From the IMG/VR virus record IMGVR_UViG_3300010398_000031, positions 1 through 28,946 of that record: DNA of 28,946 nt; one strand, written 5' to 3'. Position numbers and translations under genes: made by a program. This DNA comes from a virus. Taxonomy: Duplodnaviria; Caudoviricetes. Under the pieces are notes generated by a model, which was not told the DNA's origin, did not search any database, and saw only the letters and a list, made by a program, of their open reading frames with translations. Shown piece by piece: positions 7,248 to 14,285 of this stretch; within the stretch, counting starts at the first letter, position 1; each line of letters opens with the position of its first letter.

Positions 7248-8186
7248 ATGAGCACAGCCGAGAACGTCATCGGCCTTCCTACCCGGGAAGGCTTCATCAA
7301 GAAGTGCGTGCAGATCATGACCGACATCTCCAAGAAGACCGGCTCCGCCGTCAAGCGCGCCGTCTGCTGGATCGGTCGTGAACTTCGGCACGTCGTTAAC
7401 TGGCTGCCGATGGATGCCATCGTCAAGCCGTTCAAGTGGGTATGGGTCAAGGCCACGCCGGTGCGTGGATACGTGTTCAAGGTCGTTCGTCATCCGTTGG
7501 CACCTGCCATCGTGATGGCAGCCGGTTTGGCGCTGGCCCCGAAGATCGTCCTGCTGCTCATCGGTCTGGGCGCTGTCTGCGCCATGTGGGTGATCGTCAA
7601 CATCATCTTCATGTTGGTGCGATTCGCAGATCGGGCAGTTGCCGAAGCGACTAAGGAAAAGCCGGTCGTGGTCAAGCCGACCACCGACGAGGAGTTCGCA
7701 GCGGCGGCGCAGCGGGTGTCCGAGGAGGCCGAGGAGGTCATCAAGAAGGCCGCCGCGGAGAAACAGGACACGACCAAGTCCAACGGCAAGGTCAGCTACA
7801 CCTCGCGAGTCCCAACGGATCTGAAGCTGGACCCGAACGAGACGTTCGAGGATCGGTACCGCCAGTTGACCAAGCTGCTGAAGCTGGCTGAGGATCCCAG
7901 TCACGAGGTCGACACTCGTTATGTCTCCGACCTGATGAGCCGGCAGAATCTGCTGATGGTACGTGACGGCAGAGGCGGCAAGGTCGGCAAAAATGCCTCG
8001 GTCGGCGACATCCACCGGAACTTCCGAGCGGAGTACGAGAAGACCGCCCAGGGCAGCCCGGATGCCGAGGTCATCTCGGCGAGGATCGACTGGGGGGTGG
8101 CCTACCAGATGGCCCGAGCAGAGGATACGCGGTTGAAGGCGATTCGCAAGCTCAAGGCCGAGCACGACAAGCTGGTCGGCGTCTAG
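7248..8186 (+). CDS. membrane protein
   Basis: GAAAGGGAAG RBS. Long hydrophobic segment (APAIVMAAGLALAPKIVLLLIGLGAVCAMWVIVNIIFMLV) and charged C-terminus. Confidence 0.85.
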   Translation: MSTAENVIGLPTREGFIKKCVQIMTDISKKTGSAVKRAVCWIGRELRHVVNWLPMDAIVKPFKWVWVKATPVRGYVFKVVRHPLAPAIVMAAGLALAPKIVLLLIGLGAVCAMWVIVNIIFMLVRFADRAVAEATKEKPVVVKPTTDEEFAAAAQRVSEEAEEVIKKAAAEKQDTTKSNGKVSYTSRVPTDLKLDPNETFEDRYRQLTKLLKLAEDPSHEVDTRYVSDLMSRQNLLMVRDGRGGKVGKNASVGDIHRNFRAEYEKTAQGSPDAEVISARIDWGVAYQMARAEDTRLKAIRKLKAEHDKLVGV

Positions 8187-8198
8187 CAACAAAGATCT

Positions 8199-8233
8199 GG
8201 GTGGGGTCGTACGACGTACGGCCCCACCCTTTT
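8199..8233 (+). terminator. intrinsic terminator
   Basis: GGGTGGGGTCGTAC-gac-GTACGGCCCCACCC followed by TTTT. Confidence 0.8.
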
Positions 8234-8255
8234 GTGTGGAAAGGAAGGGGTTTAA

Positions 8256-8507
8256 ATGCCCAAGCAACGTGTGCTGATAGCTCGAGTCGTGTATGAGCCG
8301 ACCGAGCCGCGCTACATAAGCAAGGCCGACCGGGACGTCGTGAAGGCCCTGAAGCAGTCATTCCAGTACCTACGGGACGTCAACGTCGCGATTGCCGTCT
8401 ACGACGAGAGCGACAAGCAGGTCGGCCGTGACGAGACCGGTGAGCCGAGCGCAGAGATGCGTCGACTGATCCGGCTCGAGATGGACGACGAGGCGGTGCC
8501 GGCCTGA
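8256..8507 (+). CDS. hypothetical protein
   Basis: GAAAGGAAGGGG RBS and TGATG coupling to the next gene. Confidence 0.75.
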   Translation: MPKQRVLIARVVYEPTEPRYISKADRDVVKALKQSFQYLRDVNVAIAVYDESDKQVGRDETGEPSAEMRRLIRLEMDDEAVPA

Positions 8508-8902
8508 TGAGCGGACCTCGGGATGCAGAGTTCAATCTAGCTGTCTGTGAGCTGATCCTGGGAGACCCGAAGCGGAGACGGCGGATGTACTTCATCGGTC
8601 TGCAGAACCAGGTACTAGAGGTGATCTACGCCACCGAGATCGATGCCGGCCGGGTGCCGGCACTGATCGATCAGCTCAAGGACTCCGGACGACTCAAGGC
8701 GACCGTCTACGTCGGCGCACACATCGTTGACAACACCCTGTGGGAGACCTGGGTGCACTACCTGCCGACAAATCGGTTCTATCGACTCAGTCATCACATG
8801 ACATTACCGATCTGGATGCCCAGCGAATCCCAATCAGAGCTTCGAGCCCAATGGAATGCGCTCACCCAGAAGGAAGGAGGAGAAGAACAGCGGGACCAGT
8901 AA
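8507..8902 (+). CDS. hypothetical protein
   Basis: Coupled start and 131-aa ORF. Confidence 0.75.
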   Translation: MSGPRDAEFNLAVCELILGDPKRRRRMYFIGLQNQVLEVIYATEIDAGRVPALIDQLKDSGRLKATVYVGAHIVDNTLWETWVHYLPTNRFYRLSHHMTLPIWMPSESQSELRAQWNALTQKEGGEEQRDQ

Positions 8903-8934
8903 CACTCCGATCCAAACCACCCGAAAGGAGTGAC

Positions 8935-9204
8935 GTGTCCGAATTAACAGTTCACCGGGCACGATTCATCATCGACGGACTGTGGACCGGCGACAAGCTG
9001 TCCACAGCCGTCCTCGTGAAGATCCTCAATCGCGGTGGAGATGCGTTACGGGTGTTGGCCTTCGAGGAAGTCAAGAGGGCCAACATCGACGTACTGCTCC
9101 GCGAAGACGTGATCGAACAGCACGTCCATTATCACGACGCTCGGTACGACACCTGTCGTGCATGCGCGTCCGCTGCTCGCGACAAACTAGGACCCATCGA
9201 GTGA
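8935..9204 (+). CDS. hypothetical protein with His/Cys cluster (HVHYH..CRAC)
   Basis: GAAAGGAG RBS before GTG at 8935. Confidence 0.7.
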   Translation: MSELTVHRARFIIDGLWTGDKLSTAVLVKILNRGGDALRVLAFEEVKRANIDVLLREDVIEQHVHYHDARYDTCRACASAARDKLGPIE

Positions 9205-9221
9205 AAGGACCCCTCGACTCA

Positions 9222-10736
9222 ATGTCTGTCGACAGCTTATGGACCAAGAAGGACATCAAGGCCCAGAACCAACGAGGAGACGATTTCTTCGGTGGCAAGG
9301 CCGATGAGTATGAGAAGGAAGAAGCATCCGTTGTCGAGTACCGGGTGGACCGCGGCATACGCATCGCGCTCCCGGAGGTACCCCGCCGGATGGAGTATGA
9401 GACCGCCGGCAATCTCCTGTTGGACAAGGCCAAGTCTGAGAAGGAGATGTACGAACTGACCATGACGTATGAGTGCCGGGCGCACGATGGTGCCTGGTGC
9501 TTCCACAACATGATGCGAGAGCACTACACGGCCGGTGTCTCCGGCCAGGCGCAGTACTCCATGTGGGGAGTCAAGTACCCCGACCTGCCCACCCTGGAGA
9601 TCGATCGGGACAAGACGGTCAATGTCCCGTTCGGGCTGCTCAAGTTCCCACCGTGGGGCGCGCAGATCAACCTCTCCCCCTGTCCCGACCCCGACTACGG
9701 CCAAGGGCTGTCGGTGCAGGTATTGGCCAAGAAGAAGTACGCCCGTCAGGTCCGGGGAATGCTGGGCTACCTCAAGGAGTACATCAAGGAGCACACCGTC
9801 TACCGGAACAAGGCACTCGAAGGCATCGGGCGCACCGATCCGCGGACCGGCTTCTACAAGCCGCCGGTGTTCATGGCTCCATATGCCGTCGACCGCCGCA
9901 AAGTGGTCTGGGCACAGAAGGAGTACGAGGCACTCGAGGACGAAGTGTTCGGCCGGATCCGCTGTGCTGACCTGCTCCGGCAAGGTGGCGAACCGGTCGG
10001 ACACAAGGTGCTGCTGGCCGGCAAGCCAGGGACAGGTAAGACGCTGGCCATGCTGGTCGCCATGCAGTTCTGCCTGGAGAACAACTGGACCGCGGTCAAG
10101 TGTGGACCGGACGACAACATCTTCCGGACCACTCGGTTCTGCGAGAACATCAACGGGCCAAAACTGCTCACCATCGAGGACATCGAGAAGTTCGACTTCT
10201 CCGATGCCCAGCTGATGGACAAGATGCTGGAGATGTTCGACGGTGCCAGCACCAAGGGCCGCGAGCTGCTCATCATGGTGACCACCAACCACCCGGACCG
10301 GATCCCGGACAAGCTGCTGCGAGCCGGCCGGATCGACACGATCATCTTCATCGACGAGCTGGATATCCCAGGCGTCGAGCGACTGATTAACGTCACCATC
10401 CCGGCACACCAGCGCGAGGAGCTGGACTACACGGTGATGCACTCGTCATACGAGGGGTTCAGCCCGGCGTACATCGTCCGGTCGCTGAGCGGGACCAGAT
10501 CCCGCAGCATCATCCGTACCGGGCAGCTGGACCAGCCACTGGCCACCAGCGACTTCGTCCGGTCTGCCAACGCGCTGCGACCGGCCTGGGAGCTGTACCA
10601 GCAGGCCGGTGAGTGGGCTCCCAAGGAGCCGCGCATCGAGGACCTGATCGCCAAGACGGTCGGTCGAGTGATGGATGATCGGATGCAGAGTCACTATGTG
10701 GATCTGTCCGATGGCGAGATCATGATCCGTAGCTAG
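9222..10736 (+). CDS. AAA+ ATPase (classical AAA clade)
   Basis: Walker A GKPGTGKT, Walker B LLTIEDIE, and SRH TTNHPDRIPDKLLRAGRID. Likely start ATG 9222 after GAAAGGA. Confidence 0.93.
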   Translation: MSVDSLWTKKDIKAQNQRGDDFFGGKADEYEKEEASVVEYRVDRGIRIALPEVPRRMEYETAGNLLLDKAKSEKEMYELTMTYECRAHDGAWCFHNMMREHYTAGVSGQAQYSMWGVKYPDLPTLEIDRDKTVNVPFGLLKFPPWGAQINLSPCPDPDYGQGLSVQVLAKKKYARQVRGMLGYLKEYIKEHTVYRNKALEGIGRTDPRTGFYKPPVFMAPYAVDRRKVVWAQKEYEALEDEVFGRIRCADLLRQGGEPVGHKVLLAGKPGTGKTLAMLVAMQFCLENNWTAVKCGPDDNIFRTTRFCENINGPKLLTIEDIEKFDFSDAQLMDKMLEMFDGASTKGRELLIMVTTNHPDRIPDKLLRAGRIDTIIFIDELDIPGVERLINVTIPAHQREELDYTVMHSSYEGFSPAYIVRSLSGTRSRSIIRTGQLDQPLATSDFVRSANALRPAWELYQQAGEWAPKEPRIEDLIAKTVGRVMDDRMQSHYVDLSDGEIMIRS

Positions 10737-10744
10737 TCACAGAC

Positions 10745-10786
10745 GGCCCCGGAGGGGGTTGACTTCCCTTGTCCCCCTCCGGGGCT
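10745..10786 (+). other. 13-14-bp GC hairpin without U-tract
   Basis: GCCCCGGAGGGGG / CCCCCTCCGGGGC, followed by CCACGAAAGGAG RBS. Confidence 0.65.
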
Positions 10787-10806
10787 CCTCCACGAAAGGA
10801 GAGGGA

Positions 10807-11082
10807 ATGAAGATCGAGACCGCCTTCCTCGAGGAGGCGATCGAGACCGCTGGTACTGGCCTGGACCTGGACGAATCGCGCGAGCTCAAGATGATCATCC
10901 GCAGGTTCTACGACCAGAACGACATGGGGCTGACCATCCAGCTCGAGGAGCTGATGGAGCTGTTCTTCGTGGCTGGCCGGACATACCAGGAGGACTTTGG
11001 ACGAATCAACGTGTCAATGAGTCGGTCCCTGGTGGGAGAATTCATGGAGTTCCTGGCTCGGAAGGGAGTACCCGATGACTGA
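10807..11082 (+). CDS. hypothetical protein (FxAGxxYQE motif)
   Basis: GAAAGGAGAGGG RBS and ATG 10807 (MKIETAF...). Confidence 0.75.
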   Translation: MKIETAFLEEAIETAGTGLDLDESRELKMIIRRFYDQNDMGLTIQLEELMELFFVAGRTYQEDFGRINVSMSRSLVGEFMEFLARKGVPDD

Positions 11083-11752
11083 TCTGGTCGATGAGATCAA
11101 GCAGTCGTTCACCGTTTCCCGTGATGAGCGGTTCAAACCAGGGCAAGTCCAACGACTCACCGCCAGCGACGTAGCGCCCGGTTTCGTCGGGATGCGTGAG
11201 CTGTACAGCGAACTGTTACTCGTGTACACCCGGCGTGGCTACCGATGGTTCGCCGGGTCCAGCATGCCCAGCCAAGCCGACGACCTGCTCGAGCTGACTC
11301 GTCCGGTGATGCTGCCAGACTACGTGGCGCTGATGGTCCGGGCGTTCTCCAACGGTGCGGTGATAGGCCAGGGCAACGAGCAGGTAGTGAAGATGCTCCT
11401 GTTCTACGGCAAGGCCGACGAGCTGTTCGGAAATGAGGAGTACCGCATCCAGTGCAGCCAGTTCGCGAAGGGACTGGCTTCCGATCCCGAGGTACTGGAC
11501 TTCTTCACCATGTACCTGAACGAAGGACTGGACCAGCTGCTCCACCTGGTCGGGATCGCTCATACCGAGACCGAGCCGAACCAGATCTGGAACTTCTGGC
11601 TGCTGGTCGGGACCGCGGTGATCTCCACGTCGTACCTGGCCGGCTTCAAGCTGGGCAAGGACTGGTCCGAACGAGATCTGCTGGATGGCATCGAGAGCGC
11701 AACGGAGGAGGCGAGCCGTGGATCTGAGGGAGAAGCTGGATCTGATCACTGA
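11075..11752 (+). CDS. hypothetical protein
   Basis: AAGGGAG RBS and 225-aa ORF. Confidence 0.8.
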   Translation: MTDLVDEIKQSFTVSRDERFKPGQVQRLTASDVAPGFVGMRELYSELLLVYTRRGYRWFAGSSMPSQADDLLELTRPVMLPDYVALMVRAFSNGAVIGQGNEQVVKMLLFYGKADELFGNEEYRIQCSQFAKGLASDPEVLDFFTMYLNEGLDQLLHLVGIAHTETEPNQIWNFWLLVGTAVISTSYLAGFKLGKDWSERDLLDGIESATEEASRGSEGEAGSDH

Positions 11753-12497
11753 TCTGATGCGGCAGACCAAGCAGGACTACGTCGCCACCTCGCCGGACAA
11801 CAACGATCTACTGATCTACCTGCACTTCTGGCGGGGAGACGAGATGGTAGCGGCGGTAGCGACCCCGTTAGACCGAGACAAGGGCCTGCAGGCCGCATTG
11901 CTCGGCTCAACGGGGTTCGCTGCCGACACCGTCTCGATCACCTTCGAGGGCTACCACACCACCTACGCGAACTCGCCGATCACCGGCAAACCGTGGATGC
12001 CCAACGAGATGCAGTTCGTTTATCAGACGATGCCGGAGGCGACGGAGAAGGGCTGGATCATCGAGTCCCTGAACACCTCGATCCACCAGCGTGGCGGGGC
12101 TTACCTGCTACAAAGCCAGGCCTTCACCATCTCCAACGGAACGGTGGATTGGCGGGAGGAGTCGGTCATCGACCCGCACCATGAGCTGACCAGTGGTGGT
12201 GGGCTGATGTTCGACACCATGCAGGACGCCATCAGTGCACCGACCATCGAGGAACGGGTAGCGGAAGCAGAGGACGGCGGTCTGAACCTGGCCGCCAAGT
12301 TCGCCCACGCAATGGACGCCGAGACGCGTCAGTTCCATTACGACGCGGCTTGTCTGGCCGCCCTGCAGGACCGTGAGCTGGCTATCGCGATCATCCTGCA
12401 TGCACCACGGGGTAGTACCAGACACCGGTTGATCGAGGAACGATTCGGCGACCACGACAACAGCGGACCGTTCACCATCGTAATCAAGGAGATCTGA
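11718..12497 (+). CDS. hypothetical protein
   Basis: GGAGGAGG RBS before GTG at 11718. Confidence 0.8.
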   Translation: MDLREKLDLITDLMRQTKQDYVATSPDNNDLLIYLHFWRGDEMVAAVATPLDRDKGLQAALLGSTGFAADTVSITFEGYHTTYANSPITGKPWMPNEMQFVYQTMPEATEKGWIIESLNTSIHQRGGAYLLQSQAFTISNGTVDWREESVIDPHHELTSGGGLMFDTMQDAISAPTIEERVAEAEDGGLNLAAKFAHAMDAETRQFHYDAACLAALQDRELAIAIILHAPRGSTRHRLIEERFGDHDNSGPFTIVIKEI

Positions 12498-12790
12498 TGC
12501 CGACCTGGAACACGAAGGAGAAGCACACCCTCGAGATCAACACGAAGTTACTGAGAGAGGCCGTCATGGAACTGTGCCAGCAGATCAATGAGGACCCCAC
12601 CTTCGAAGAGGTCACCGGTGTCAACACCCAGACCCTGGTCGAACAGGCCAAGTTCGCGGTGACGGCACTGGTGGTCACCGACCCATCACGCCTGGAAGAC
12701 CCGGAGAGCTGGTTGAAGATCTTCTGTCTAGGCTTCCTGGCCGGCAAGAAGTATCAAGAACTCATCGCACGAAAGGGAAACAATGAGTGA
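12497..12790 (+). CDS. hypothetical protein (FxAGxxYQE motif)
   Basis: AAGGAG RBS and TGATG overlap. Confidence 0.75.
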   Translation: MPTWNTKEKHTLEINTKLLREAVMELCQQINEDPTFEEVTGVNTQTLVEQAKFAVTALVVTDPSRLEDPESWLKIFCLGFLAGKKYQELIARKGNNE

Positions 12791-13157
12791 GGAGATCGCC
12801 GACATCATCGATGCCGGCGCAGATGCGATTGAGAAGCACGGCTGGACACGTCGTACCCTGCGCCGCAAACGGGCTAGTAGCTACGGTCCGGCCGGTGCGC
12901 TGTGCATGATAGGCGGCGTACTAACCGAGATCAATCCCGACATACTGGCGAATAGCAAGATCGTTTTCGCTACCACGTTGACCAAGAAGCAGATGGAGCA
13001 GTACCAGAAGGCGCGTGACGCCCTCCGGGCAGGCATCCACCGATCTGGTTCCCGGGCCGCCAATCCGGAGGGCTGGAACGACTACCGATTCCGCACCGAA
13101 CAGCAGGTGCTGGACATGATGCGTGCCACCGCCAAGTGGGAACGCATGCACGACTGA
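12783..13157 (+). CDS. DUF6197-like protein
   Basis: ADAIEKHGW...ALCMIGGV...WND...RTEQQVLDMMRATA pattern recalled for this actinobacterial/phage family. Confidence 0.7.
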   Translation: MSEEIADIIDAGADAIEKHGWTRRTLRRKRASSYGPAGALCMIGGVLTEINPDILANSKIVFATTLTKKQMEQYQKARDALRAGIHRSGSRAANPEGWNDYRFRTEQQVLDMMRATAKWERMHD

Positions 13158-13161
13158 GACT

Positions 13162-13193
13162 CCACCGAGATCTGATCAACAGCATCTCGGTGG
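13162..13193 (+). other. intergenic hairpin
   Basis: CCACCGAGAT / ATCTCGGTGG 10-bp stem with CTG/CAG extension. Confidence 0.6.
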
Positions 13194-13198
13194 TTAAA

Positions 13199-13331
13199 GC
13201 CGTGGGGGAGGAGTAACCCCGGTGAGCCGTCGACCGTCTCTTTACGTCTCTGGAGGCCCTGGGCCTAAGGTGAGACCTTCACGAGATCGCTCGGGCACTC
13301 ACTGGACGAGCTCATGCTCCTTCTCCACGGC
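13199..13331 (+). ncRNA. candidate structured RNA (unknown family)
   Basis: 17-bp closing stem 13199-13215/13315-13331 with three G-U pairs, a nested 8-bp stem 13219-13226/13298-13305, and inner hairpins. Confidence 0.5.
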
Positions 13332-13357
13332 GCACGTCACTACGAAAGGGAAGTCAC

Positions 13358-13684
13358 ATGACCGTGATTGACACTCATCTCGACGAGCTCGAGGCCATGT
13401 TCACGGCGGAGTACCTTCGCTCCACCCCGGACTCCGTCGAGGAGCAGCACTGGACCCAGCTGTTGGATGGTCTCCACGGCTGTGCTACCACCGGCAACTT
13501 CGAAGACGACTGGAACTGGAGCAAGTTCCTGGTCTGGTTGCTGACCGCCGGTCGCCAGCATTGGGACTGGCTGAAAACGAATGCACCAGAGATCTCCAAG
13601 TGGTGCTGGCAGCACGGCGGCGAGGAGGCCTGCAAGCTCGTCCTCGCCAAGGTGATCAGCTGGCTGCTACGAGGTGGTCTGTGA
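13358..13684 (+). CDS. Trp-rich hypothetical protein
   Basis: GAAAGGGAAGTCACATG start context and 108 aa. Confidence 0.8.
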   Translation: MTVIDTHLDELEAMFTAEYLRSTPDSVEEQHWTQLLDGLHGCATTGNFEDDWNWSKFLVWLLTAGRQHWDWLKTNAPEISKWCWQHGGEEACKLVLAKVISWLLRGGL

Positions 13685-13845
13685 TGGTCGGCCGTCTGCT
13701 GTTCCTGGTCGGCGTGACCAGCATCGTCGGCCACGTGATCGGCCGGGTGTGCAAATCCATCCGGTTCCGATCCGCCGAGCCGGTGTTCGTCGACGAGCGC
13801 GACGAGTACAACGTACGACTAGCCGACCTGTTCGGCGACTACTAG
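13684..13845 (+). CDS. small membrane-associated protein
   Basis: TGATG coupling. Hydrophobic N-terminus MVGRLLFLVGVTSIVGHVIG. Confidence 0.6.
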   Translation: MVGRLLFLVGVTSIVGHVIGRVCKSIRFRSAEPVFVDERDEYNVRLADLFGDY

Positions 13846-13901
13846 GACCTACGGGCCCCGTCTCTCCTTCGGGAGGGGCGGGGCCCCATCGGTCCTTTTT
13901 T
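13845..13901 (+). terminator. intrinsic terminator at convergence of the two arms
   Basis: 15-bp stem GGGCCCCGTCTCTCC-TTCG-GGAGGGGCGGGGCCC (C-UUCG-G tetraloop), GGACC/GGTCC extension, then T6. Confidence 0.9.
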
Positions 13902-13912
13902 CATGCCCAAAA

Positions 13913-14278
13913 TCAGCCGATGCTGATCGCGATCGACCCCGCGTTCAGCACGAACCCACGACCGTTCAGCACCAGCTCTGGGGTGGCCAGCTGGGCGTAG
14001 GCCCGCAACATTCCCTTGTACTGGCTGTCCCAGACCCCGAAGTAGACGATCTTGTTCTGGGTCAGCCCAGAGAACCGGGCATCCACCTGGCTCCAGATGG
14101 TCCGGTTGTCCGGCTGCCGCCAGACCATTTTGAACCGCAGGTACCCGCCACCGCTGATCTCGGCGGCATCGCTGCTGCCCAGTCCCGGGTTGTCGTAGTG
14201 CAGGCTGATCCAGCCGTTGTCGGCGATCTCCTGCAGCCAGATGTGCGCCTGGATGTCGGTGATGCTGCCGTCTGCCAT
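13913..14278 (-). CDS. minor tail protein (beta-rich, paralog of 17500..17943)
   Basis: WISLHYDNPG...EISGGGYLR motif. Last gene of the tail module. Confidence 0.7.
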   Translation of the reverse strand: MADGSITDIQAHIWLQEIADNGWISLHYDNPGLGSSDAAEISGGGYLRFKMVWRQPDNRTIWSQVDARFSGLTQNKIVYFGVWDSQYKGMLRAYAQLATPELVLNGRGFVLNAGSIAISIG

Positions 14279-14285
14279 CTCACAC

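Noticed and set aside
8982-9221. N-terminal extension of the AAA ATPase ORF
   Set aside because: It overlaps the 8935..9204 gene and has off-frame Arg-rich composition. ATG 9222 is the more plausible start.
750-10442. Long minus-strand ORFs (750..1607, 2914..3897, 6912..8267, 9237..10442)
   Set aside because: They are antisense shadows of well-supported + strand genes, expected in high-GC DNA, and have no recognisable motifs.
13240-13300. c-di-GMP riboswitch, tRNA or Y RNA
   Set aside because: CCUAAG is present, but there is no matching receptor half, GCAAA motif or T-loop/cloverleaf.
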